The notes under the pieces: model-generated
The model's database searches: none
The model's input: only the letters and a program-made list of their open reading frames with translations
Told to the model about the DNA's origin: nothing
Shown: piece after piece, positions 56,731 to 64,000 of the stretch
Position numbering within the stretch: position 1 is the stretch's first letter
Layout of the letters: each line of letters begins with the position of its first letter
Virus record (IMG/VR): IMGVR_UViG_3300028586_000750
DNA length: 64,000 bases
Strand: one strand, 5' to 3'
Source of the DNA: a virus
Made by a program: the position numbers and the translations under genes

Positions 56731-57192
56731 ATGTTAACACGCTCTACAGTTAAGGTCAGCTTAACCCTATTCGTTATTGCTTTATGCGCCGGATGTACTT
56801 CCTCGCCTGAACCTGTTATCAGCACTCCTACGGCTACCAGTGAAGTAAACGTGGACGTTTATCCTACTTCTGAGGCGGAAGCTAGTGTAGCTGATACAAG
56901 TAGCTTAGAAGAGCTACAAACAGTTTTTCCCGAAGTTGACTTTTCGGGCATTGCCGGAAGTGTTGAACATGTTAACAAAAAGGACACAACATTCATCGTT
57001 ACTGGCACTGACATTGACGCTGGTTTAGCTTGGGCTAAGAACTCTTCATCGTTAGGTTCAGTATTGAACGGTGAAGGAACCAGTGAAGTGGATACATTCG
57101 CTTCTTCTTATGTTCAAGATGATGGAACACAAGTGGGTATAAACTATACCCAGAATTCAGACGGCTTCATTCTTTCACTATTTACTGTGTAA
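56731..57192 (+). CDS. Lipoprotein
   Basis: Lipobox CAGC; acidic S/T-rich mature part. Confidence 0.75.
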   Translation: MLTRSTVKVSLTLFVIALCAGCTSSPEPVISTPTATSEVNVDVYPTSEAEASVADTSSLEELQTVFPEVDFSGIAGSVEHVNKKDTTFIVTGTDIDAGLAWAKNSSSLGSVLNGEGTSEVDTFASSYVQDDGTQVGINYTQNSDGFILSLFTV

Positions 57193-57224
57193 AAGTTTAG
57201 GGTGTTTCAATCGCTCCTAAACTT

Positions 57225-57464
57225 TTAGTACACGAGTACGTTTGAAGCAACCACGACGATTGCAGATATGGCAGCAAAACCACCAGTCATACCAAAAGCT
57301 ACTCGCCACATCTGGTTGCTTTCAGCTTTCTTCGCCGCGTTGACTACTACTGCTTTAGGGGCAGTGATGCGAACGAAGGCAAAGGCCAGGGCCAGCATGG
57401 CAAACATGCCGGTCCAAACCATCAGGAATGCCATAGCCAGGTCAAAGTTCGTGAATTCGTTCAT
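57225..57464 (-). CDS. Two-TM membrane protein
   Basis: 79 aa. Confidence 0.7.
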   Translation of the reverse strand: MNEFTNFDLAMAFLMVWTGMFAMLALAFAFVRITAPKAVVVNAAKKAESNQMWRVAFGMTGGFAAISAIVVVASNVLVY

Positions 57465-57516
57465 AGCTTTATTCTACACATATCAACTTACGGTTACAAC
57501 ACTAATTGGAGACAAA

Positions 57517-57666
57517 ATGACTAATTTTCTAACTGCTGTAAAGAACTTCTTTTTCTTTCAACCTGAACGAGAAGATGAAGACTTTACAGACCGCCAAAGC
57601 GGGTACACCACGGAACCTTTTAGACCAGATGTTTCCTCTTTTCATTGGAACCGTAGTTCAAGGTAG
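57517..57666 (+). CDS. Small hypothetical protein (49 aa)
   Basis: GGAG RBS; MTNFLTAVK. Confidence 0.6.
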   Translation: MTNFLTAVKNFFFFQPEREDEDFTDRQSGYTTEPFRPDVSSFHWNRSSR

Positions 57667-57747
57667 CCGATGGGAAAAGACAGCTTCTTAGTGTAGAGAT
57701 AGGCTGTCTTTTCTGATATACTGAAAGTATATTAGAAAGGTTTTATT

Positions 57748-58080
57748 ATGTCATTTGACTACGACAAGTACCCACTCATGTTTGATGAGAACGACAATGT
57801 TGTTCTGAACGATGTAACTCTTGAATTTATTGAAAACCGTTACACGTCTGACCCTATTCCTCCATGCCGTGTTTGTGGTGCGGAGCTTAGTATTCAGCGT
57901 ATGGGTGGTGGAGAAGCAACCACGTGGGGTCATAGCAAGCCTAACGATGGGGTCACTACTTTTGGTGAATGGATGGACCATTACAGCCAGTCTAAGTACA
58001 TTGAGCGCAAAAGCGGAGATAGTTTCGTTCTCAAACTCCTTGCGGCTTACAAAGAGCTAGCATCTGAAAACAAATCCTAA
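57748..58080 (+). CDS. Hypothetical protein with CxxC motif
   Basis: PPCRVCGAELS; AAAGG RBS. Confidence 0.75.
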   Translation: MSFDYDKYPLMFDENDNVVLNDVTLEFIENRYTSDPIPPCRVCGAELSIQRMGGGEATTWGHSKPNDGVTTFGEWMDHYSQSKYIERKSGDSFVLKLLAAYKELASENKS

Positions 58081-58087
58081 AATCTTG

Positions 58088-58116
58088 TTGCAAATGTCAG
58101 TGGAAGGTGCTACAGT
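58088..58116 (+). promoter_or_regulatory. SigA-type promoter driving an ORF-free transcript
   Basis: TTGCAA-17-TACAGT. Confidence 0.65.
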
Positions 58117-58122
58117 TTAATT

Positions 58123-58347
58123 AAGCGGAAAGAAGTAGATGAAATAACCTTCATCATTGATAGCTTTTCACTATAACAGTAAGCGAGATATGGCTGACCA
58201 CCTAAGCAGTGGAGGTTGCATCCATGACCTTACTGAATTGATAGTCGGAACGGTTATGTTTCGGTAAATTATTAAATTAAAGAATAGCACTCTAAGACAG
58301 AACAAAAGCTAATTTGTTGCATACAAACGCTGTCTTAGGGTGCTTTT
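58123..58347 (+). ncRNA. Candidate structured ncRNA (about 220 nt)
   Basis: No ORF; GATGAA/TTCATC, CAGTAAG/CTTACTG and CGGAAC/GTTTCG stems; long 3' hairpin AGCACTCTAAGACAG/CTGTCTTAGGGTGCT. Confidence 0.45.
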
Positions 58348-58415
58348 CGCTTTTTACGTCGTAATAACGAAAACTCTGCTAAACTTAAAATATACATAAC
58401 TAAAAGGATATTATC

Positions 58416-58904
58416 ATGGAAACAAGTAACGGGTTCAGAGAAGAGTATTTCTTCCTCAGCAATTTTGAAAAGTCCCCAATGACAGCAACTATTCGTGGCA
58501 CAGAAGCAGTGTTCCCTACAGGTGAGCACCTATTCCAAGCATACAAGTTAGAATGCTCTAACATTAGCGACATTGCGGCTGTAGCAATGGTTAAACAGTT
58601 TGCTAACGCTCCTACTCCCTCTAAAGCTAAGTATGCAGGTCGTTCTGTTCCTCTAGATATTTCTGCTTGGAATGATGCTTCTTACGAATACATGCGTAAG
58701 ACTCTTCAAGCTAAATTTGGACAAAATCCTAAGCTTGCTAAAAAACTCCGTGATACTGAAGGTCTAACGCTAGTTGAATACAATAGCTGGAACGATAGGC
58801 TTTGGGGTAAAGACGAAAAGACACGAGAAGGCAAAAACCAGTTAGGTATTCTACTTATGGAACTAAGAAGTACACTCGTTGCTTTTGATGCACAGTTGTT
58901 CTAA
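58416..58904 (+). CDS. NADAR (YbiA) family protein
   Basis: FLSNF; F.T.EH.FQA.K; AK..GR; W......M...L.AKF.QNP.L...L..T; W.DR.WG......G.N.LG.LLM.LR. Confidence 0.92.
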   Translation: METSNGFREEYFFLSNFEKSPMTATIRGTEAVFPTGEHLFQAYKLECSNISDIAAVAMVKQFANAPTPSKAKYAGRSVPLDISAWNDASYEYMRKTLQAKFGQNPKLAKKLRDTEGLTLVEYNSWNDRLWGKDEKTREGKNQLGILLMELRSTLVAFDAQLF

Positions 58905-58970
58905 ACTTTAATACCCTTAAATAAGTGAAGCCCCAACCTAAGTAGGTTGGGGCTTCACTTATTTTTATTA

Positions 58971-59234
58971 TTAGGCTGAAACGAGAGCAAGCTTCTCGCG
59001 GTTAGCGGCCTGCACGCCAGCCGCATCTGTAATCCAGTTGGCATTCGCGTTGGCTTCGGTCAAGGCGTTCACATAGTCAGCGAAGTCAGCCTCGAAATCG
59101 GTAACATTGCCGTTCATCACATCCACAAGAAGGACACCAGCGAAGCGCTCATAAATGTCGTATCCGGCACCATCAAGGTGGCAGACAACATCATAGGCGG
59201 CCTTGAGACGTTCGTTCTGGTTCAACTTAGACAT
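58971..59234 (-). CDS. Hypothetical protein
   Basis: AAAGGA RBS; 87 aa. Confidence 0.75.
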   Translation of the reverse strand: MSKLNQNERLKAAYDVVCHLDGAGYDIYERFAGVLLVDVMNGNVTDFEADFADYVNALTEANANANWITDAAGVQAANREKLALVSA

Positions 59235-59310
59235 TGGTAATCCTTTGGTTAGTGTTCCTATAAGCGGTATAGATTAATCATACTCCACACAAAGTGTAAG
59301 TGCAACCAAT

Positions 59311-59640
59311 TTAGTTGAAGTGGCTGTAGATAATTACGCCAGCGGCATCCATTCCTCTAGCTATATCATCAGAAGGCTCAGCGCTAAAGTCAGTATGGAT
59401 TTGGTTAATAATCTTACGCATGTCTGCATCAGAAGACATTTGGTTTAACTGTTCTCCATAGTTTTTCATGACATGAAGAACGCCTGCTACTTTAGAAGTG
59501 ATACGAATTTTGTCGTCAATTGTTGGAGCAGAAGTAGCTTTGTCAAGAAGCTTAGCAACTAATGTGTCAAGTTCGGAATTAATGGCTGTCTTTATTGTTT
59601 CGTGCCAGTTTTTGTGTGTAGCATTGTCAACATTTTCCAT
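59311..59640 (-). CDS. Helical hypothetical protein
   Basis: About 109 aa ORF. Confidence 0.7.
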   Translation of the reverse strand: MENVDNATHKNWHETIKTAINSELDTLVAKLLDKATSAPTIDDKIRITSKVAGVLHVMKNYGEQLNQMSSDADMRKIINQIHTDFSAEPSDDIARGMDAAGVIIYSHFN

Positions 59641-59758
59641 ATTATTCACGCTTTCTTTATATAGATTATTTTCCATCTTATCATATCAATAGTTACAATA
59701 TAAGGCTGTGGGAAAAGACACACTTTACTTATTCAGAATAATTTGATATGATAAGAGT

Positions 59759-60055
59759 ATGACTAACCTACGAAACTTTGATGAGTTGCAGCTAGATGCC
59801 ACAGAGACTAACGCACAGCGTGTAGTTGTTGGCGCATCCTATTCGCCGCTCATTCTACAAGGTGAGCCTGCCCCTTCTGAGCGTCAGGTTGCAGCGGTGC
59901 TCCGTGCTCTAGCTGACCACACTCACAACATGCTTATGACCAGTCCTGACTTCATTGCTCACGGTGAAGACGGCGGCATTGCATCACCACAGTGGAGACA
60001 CGCAATGGCCCTAGGTCGCTATTTCCATTACCTCGCTGACGACCTTACAAAATAA
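59759..60055 (+). CDS. Hypothetical protein (leaderless)
   Basis: TTTACT-17-TATGAT + 6 nt + ATG. Confidence 0.75.
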   Translation: MTNLRNFDELQLDATETNAQRVVVGASYSPLILQGEPAPSERQVAAVLRALADHTHNMLMTSPDFIAHGEDGGIASPQWRHAMALGRYFHYLADDLTK

Positions 60056-60119
60056 CAACATAAAGGTAACGCCCCACTAGTTAACTCTAGTGGGGCGTTA
60101 CCTTTATGTTTAAGAACGA

Positions 60120-60491
60120 TTAGTCAGGAATAACTACTGTCTCAGGGTCACCTTTTTCATAGTACACAGTTTCTGGTACATCTAAACCGTAACGGTCATC
60201 AAGGTTCTCTAGTTCCCTTTCGCCTCTGGCTGTATATTTGGTTCCATCAACAGTGTACTCATAGATTATAAAAGTACCGTAGTTACCCCTAGAAATTCTA
60301 CTGCGTTCAGTATCAATAGGCGTTCCTTGTGTAGTCTCACCCGTTTCAACAAGCTGTGCATTTTGTCGGTCACGGAACTGGTTATAGAAGAAAGCTGCAA
60401 TGATAACTGCAAGAGCAATAGCCATCCAAATACCAATTATTTTCAAGGACTTCTGTTGACTATTTTTAGAGGGTTCTGCGGCGTGTGTCAT
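60120..60491 (-). CDS. DUF3592-like membrane protein
   Basis: TM followed by G.TT.G......I.YEYTVDG..YT. Confidence 0.7.
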   Translation of the reverse strand: MTHAAEPSKNSQQKSLKIIGIWMAIALAVIIAAFFYNQFRDRQNAQLVETGETTQGTPIDTERSRISRGNYGTFIIYEYTVDGTKYTARGERELENLDDRYGLDVPETVYYEKGDPETVVIPD

Positions 60492-60516
60492 AGTTACATT
60501 TCTATCGGGATAAATT

Positions 60517-61218
60517 ATGATAATAGACGATAGTCTAAACATGACTACTATACACTATTTAGATAAAATTTTGGGCAAAACGTTTGATGACCAAGCAGCA
60601 GCTTTTTATGCTAAGGAAGAGAATATTCCTAACCCTGAAAATGGTTTTAACAAAACTGCGTTAATCAATTTTTATCTACTAGGGCAAAAAATTCCTGTTG
60701 TGTATGGTTTTTACGCTTACGGGGCAGAGCTAGTAGAGTCTAAACATATCCGACGTAATTTCAATATGCTTCTAATTATTTTACTTCTGTCTTTATTAGT
60801 TCACCCGGTTTTATTCCTAATCATCTTTAGCTTAACTACGCTCTTGTACTTCGCGCCGGTAGTAACAAAAAGATTAGTTGATGAACAAGTCCAGTTACAT
60901 CTAAACACTGTTGATGAAGAACATCCTGTAATAAAAAACTTCCGTACTTGGGTGCAAGGTCGTTATGGTTTCAACATTAAAGCAAAACAAGTACGTAATT
61001 TATTCTTCACTAATACTGGCAAAGCAGACGGCAAATATTGGTCTTTCAAAAAAGGTGGAAGCCAGATGAATGAGTTTTTCTTAGTTCAAGCAACTCAGGA
61101 AGACATAGATTACTTAGAATTTAGAACACGCCTTGATAAAGGGTATGCGGCAGAGTTTGTTAATGAAGCTCCTGTTGTAAGCAAAAGAACAACTTTTGGT
61201 TACAGAAATACATACTAA
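60517..61218 (+). CDS. Membrane protein
   Basis: 233 aa with central TM hairpin; start uncertain. Confidence 0.7.
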   Translation: MIIDDSLNMTTIHYLDKILGKTFDDQAAAFYAKEENIPNPENGFNKTALINFYLLGQKIPVVYGFYAYGAELVESKHIRRNFNMLLIILLLSLLVHPVLFLIIFSLTTLLYFAPVVTKRLVDEQVQLHLNTVDEEHPVIKNFRTWVQGRYGFNIKAKQVRNLFFTNTGKADGKYWSFKKGGSQMNEFFLVQATQEDIDYLEFRTRLDKGYAAEFVNEAPVVSKRTTFGYRNTY

Positions 61219-61288
61219 CGGTCATGTGAAAAGACAATGAGTGAGGCCCCACCAGTTAATTCTGGTGGGGCCTCACTCATTATTATTA

Positions 61289-61486
61289 TTAAGCTGCGTA
61301 GCTGAGTTCCACTTCCGCCCAAAGTGTTGCCTCAGCGCTAATGTCACTGAAAGGGTGGACGGTGATGCTGTCTACCATGTTCTCGTCAGCGTCAAAGATA
61401 TCCCAAACCTGCTCACCATTCTTAGCCCAGTTCGCGTTTTCAGCAGTGAACTCGCGGCCTTCTGCGGTGAAGTAATAAACGTCCAT
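61289..61486 (-). CDS. Small acidic hypothetical protein
   Basis: AGGGAG RBS; MDVYYFTAE. Confidence 0.7.
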   Translation of the reverse strand: MDVYYFTAEGREFTAENANWAKNGEQVWDIFDADENMVDSITVHPFSDISAEATLWAEVELSYAA

Positions 61487-61675
61487 TGTGCTTAACTCCC
61501 TAATCAGTTGATGTGATAGTTCTATTCTACTCCGGTGTACGTTAAGTGTCAACTGTGTTCGCAATTTTTACTTCAACCTGAACGTTTTCTCCTAAATTTT
61601 AAAAAGATGTGACCATTTTGGGGTTACCGGCAGATATATATTTAGACAAACAAATTGCCAAAGGAGGAAGGCGAA

Positions 61676-62242
61676 ATGAATGCACAACCAAAAACTGATG
61701 TAATCAAAGTAATTTACAATGAAGGTGAAGAAAAGCCTTGGGCTTTAGATTATGAAGACGTGAGCGCAATCAAAACTGCTCGTGCTGCATTAAACTATCC
61801 TGCTCAGAAGTTCGAAACAGAAGAAAAAGCTGTTGAAGTAGCTGAAATGCTTCGTGATATTATTAAAGCTGATGCTGTAGTAATTCCAAGTGAAGACGAA
61901 GTGCTAGATGATGTAGAAAAAGCTAAGTTCTTCCAGCCTATTAGTTCAGAAGATAAAACAGATGAACTACATGACGGTGGACATAGAGATAACCACGACC
62001 ATGATGACACGAAACGTGAAGATGTAGATTTCTACGCTACTGATGAAGTAGATGAAGACTTAATCCGCGAGTCACAACAAGAAGCTGATATTAAAAATTT
62101 AGATAGTGATGAAATTACTACTAACCCTGGCGAGTCTCAAAGACAAGCTGAAAGGGAAATGGGAATAGACACCCCTTACACCGAGGCTGACAAAGCCCAA
62201 GGGCGTACTAGACCAGTAATTACACCACCGCCAACGATTTAA
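61676..62242 (+). CDS. Highly acidic hypothetical protein
   Basis: AAGGAGG RBS; D/E-rich. Confidence 0.8.
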   Translation: MNAQPKTDVIKVIYNEGEEKPWALDYEDVSAIKTARAALNYPAQKFETEEKAVEVAEMLRDIIKADAVVIPSEDEVLDDVEKAKFFQPISSEDKTDELHDGGHRDNHDHDDTKREDVDFYATDEVDEDLIRESQQEADIKNLDSDEITTNPGESQRQAEREMGIDTPYTEADKAQGRTRPVITPPPTI

Positions 62243-62352
62243 CCAAATAGGCCAGACACTGATTAGTGTCTGGCCTATTTTTATGTTGATTTTCTGTCAA
62301 AGAAATGCTAGACTAACATTATCTATCTATTGTTAAGCAGAGAGCACAAATT

Positions 62353-62865
62353 TTGAAGAAGAGACTTATCCCAACCATAGCCATTGCTATCGCTGCAATC
62401 GCTGTACTTGCTGGTTGTAGTGGACCAGGCGAAAGCAATGCTACTACTCTTGAACCGCGAGACTCTGTTGTCTACGTAGAATACAGTGACGGCATTAAAG
62501 CCAACTGCGCCGCTTATGATTTAATGCGCTGTACTTGGCGTAAAACAGATGGCTTTGATTATGCCAAAGCAGTAAAAATGGTTAACGTTGACCCCGGCGA
62601 AAGAGCATCCTCAGAAGAAACAGAAGCTTACGATAAAGTAAAAAAGGATGACCCTGACAGTCTTATCAGCGTTAAAGTATCATCAACAAGCAGCGTGGAT
62701 TCTTTCTACCCTTCTAAAACTGTTAATCCTGATAACAGCATTTCTTATTGCGTAAGCTACGGTGGTTCATATGCATCTTGCACCCATGTATTCTCCGATG
62801 ATGAAGTAACCATTCTACCAAGCGACAACGACGATAAGGATAGCACGGAACCAAACTCATGGTAA
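62353..62865 (+). CDS. Lipoprotein, paralogue of 62859-63374
   Basis: Lipobox LAGC; DGI.ANC......RCTW.K. Confidence 0.8.
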   Translation: MKKRLIPTIAIAIAAIAVLAGCSGPGESNATTLEPRDSVVYVEYSDGIKANCAAYDLMRCTWRKTDGFDYAKAVKMVNVDPGERASSEETEAYDKVKKDDPDSLISVKVSSTSSVDSFYPSKTVNPDNSISYCVSYGGSYASCTHVFSDDEVTILPSDNDDKDSTEPNSW

Positions 62866-63374
62866 AAAAGTTTGTTATCTTTGCCCTCATTGGTATTCTC
62901 GGTTTCTTCCTCGCTGCTTGTTCCTCCGCAGAAGATGAACAATATGGAGAACAGACATTTGATAGTCCAGAAGAGCAAGCTGAATATGAAGCAGAAATGG
63001 AAGAATGGGACAACGTTTATGTTGGTTCGGTAAATTTCAATGACGGCATTAACGCTAACTGCAACTCATATGAAGCTAACTTCCGTTGCACTTGGACAAA
63101 AGAGGACAACTACACTTACGAAAATGCGATGATTGACTTTGTTCCCGACAAAGCTTTCCCACAGACCGTAAGAAAAGACATTGGAAAGTCCTCTTTCACT
63201 TACCCTGATGAAGAGGAAGATTACATCAAGTACAAAAAGGTTCTTCTTGAAGACAACACAATCACGTACTGTGCTTACCGTAACTTCTATCCCGAACGTT
63301 TTGATTGTGTAGTAATTTACCCTTCTGGTGACGATGTTGAAGTTGTAAAGAAAGAAGAAAATCACAATTGGTAA
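62859..63374 (+). CDS. Lipoprotein, paralogue of 62353-62865
   Basis: Lipobox LAAC; same Cys-pair motifs. Confidence 0.8.
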   Translation: MVKKFVIFALIGILGFFLAACSSAEDEQYGEQTFDSPEEQAEYEAEMEEWDNVYVGSVNFNDGINANCNSYEANFRCTWTKEDNYTYENAMIDFVPDKAFPQTVRKDIGKSSFTYPDEEEDYIKYKKVLLEDNTITYCAYRNFYPERFDCVVIYPSGDDVEVVKKEENHNW

Positions 63375-63467
63375 TTAAGTAAGTTAACTTATTTACAATG
63401 ACACTTAATCATGCTATGGTGAAGTGTTTAAGCAAAACATTACTAACCCTATTAAGGACAAAATATT

Positions 63468-63653
63468 ATGTTGACTATGACTTCTATGTTTGACGAAAAC
63501 GGCAAGGCGAAGTTCAAGGAAGCTGCTGCTGCATTCCGCAGTGTGATGGGGAAGCCTGGTGACGTGATTAACAGGGCTGTTCTTGTTAAGCCTAAAGCTG
63601 CTGTTCTCGCTTTGGCTCGCACTCGCCCTATCGTTTATAACGAGTGGGACTAA
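63468..63653 (+). CDS. Small hypothetical protein
   Basis: AAGGA RBS; 61 aa. Confidence 0.7.
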   Translation: MLTMTSMFDENGKAKFKEAAAAFRSVMGKPGDVINRAVLVKPKAAVLALARTRPIVYNEWD

Positions 63654-63765
63654 CCTAAAAGGGAGAGAAAGTCGGTTAACTTTCTCTCCCTTTTAGGTTG
63701 TAATAACCAAGCGTTTCCCCTATACTTGAGGTAACTTAAAACAACCCACCACAAGAAAGAAACTC

Positions 63766-63945
63766 ATGCGTATTCAGACTGTCCTCATCGTTGCTCTGTT
63801 CGTTGTCATCGTTTTCAACCATGATGGTATTAGTGAGGCAATCACAATGCTTCTTAACGTGGGTCTGGTATTCCTTATTGGTATGGGCGTCCGAGCGATT
63901 GTAAACAAGGTTCGCGGTAAGGGTAAGCCTGCCGCACGTAAGTAG
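63766..63945 (+). CDS. Small two-TM membrane protein (59 aa)
   Basis: MRIQTVLIVALF... to TAG 63945. Confidence 0.7.
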   Translation: MRIQTVLIVALFVVIVFNHDGISEAITMLLNVGLVFLIGMGVRAIVNKVRGKGKPAARK

Positions 63946-64000
63946 GCAATGGGAAAAGACAAGGTGTGTCAAAAGAATTTCAACTTTCTTTTGACACACC

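Larger units (their letters stand above)
84..63960 (+). repeat. Dispersed strand-polar 11/12-mer TGGGAAAAGAC(A), about 32 exact copies
   Basis: Exact copies start at 84, 1553, 3857, 5158, 6293, 9043, 10994, 12371, 13622, 14736, 15570, 17106, 18605, 21252, 22655, 24101, 25765, 27295, 28585, 29733, 37950, 39441, 43169, 44954, 46918, 48812, 50638, 52262, 56276, 57671, 59709, 63950. One-mismatch variants are at 30916, 31471, 34415, 53578, 61225. I saw no exact copy on the - strand. Confidence 0.95.
111..63999. terminator. Family of long near-perfect intergenic inverted repeats (bidirectional terminator-like hairpins)
   Basis: Examples: 2117-2165, 3477-3525, 4637-4699 (29-bp perfect stem), 5107-5152, 6185-6232, 7820-7859, 10652-10703, 12377-12420, 13565-13613, 14691-14736, 16712-16761, 19414-19460, 21814-21868, 25713-25757, 27231-27280, 31935-31986, 35560-35605, 37501-37547, 42402-42448, 45538-45586, 56221-56274, 60059-60112, 61237-61283. 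Many share the core CCACCAG-N4-6-CTGGTGG and sit directly after stop codons. Confidence 0.85.

Noticed and set aside
84-63960. TGGGAAAAGAC as a promoter element or transcription-oriented operator
   Set aside because: It has no fixed distance to -35/-10 boxes and keeps its orientation beside genes on either strand. It is retained as a DNA-polar motif instead.
111-63999. Integron attC sites
   Set aside because: The hairpins lack consistent RYYYAAC/GTTRRRY ends and extrahelical bases, and there is no integrase in the window.
1-64000. Genome-wide stop-codon recoding (TAG or TGA)
   Set aside because: Long genes are intact in the standard code, and many TAG/TGA stops are followed immediately by terminators. 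Only the 15448 case looks like read-through.
1-64000. Bacterial chromosome (e.g. pilin-rich Saccharibacteria/CPR)
   Set aside because: There are no housekeeping operons in 64 kb, and the dense tiny ORFans and single-gene cassettes fit a large phage better. This cannot be fully excluded without the rest of the contig.

Overview
This 64 kb window looks like the accessory or early-gene region of a large (jumbo-type) phage, or a similar large mobile element, of an actinobacterial host, probably Micrococcales. It has about 125 mostly short genes on both strands, many with their own sigma70/SigA-type promoter (often leaderless) and separated by long, near-perfect hairpins. It has no rRNA, housekeeping operon, capsid, terminase, polymerase or integrase gene. 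Recognisable products are RecN, a Sir2 deacylase, NADAR, a SpoU/TrmH methyltransferase, a metallophosphoesterase, a 2H phosphoesterase, a HAD (RNA-repair type) phosphatase, an R2K-like ATP-grasp protein, a cyclic-phosphate receiver domain, an MmcB-like nuclease, a DUF1524 nuclease lipoprotein, a secreted beta-helix enzyme, and a DUF318/TIGR03943 permease pair. Four features stand out. (1) Ten type IV pilin paralogues, with no pilus assembly machinery, are interleaved with a 4-member membrane-protein family. (2) About 32 copies of TGGGAAAAGAC(A) lie only on the + strand, roughly every 2 kb, regardless of gene direction. (3) Four promoter-driven, ORF-free, structured transcripts are present, one with tRNA-like acceptor and T arms. 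(4) There is an iteron-like repeat block at 19.5-19.8 kb. Family calls come from motifs recognised by eye, with no database search, and counts are manual.
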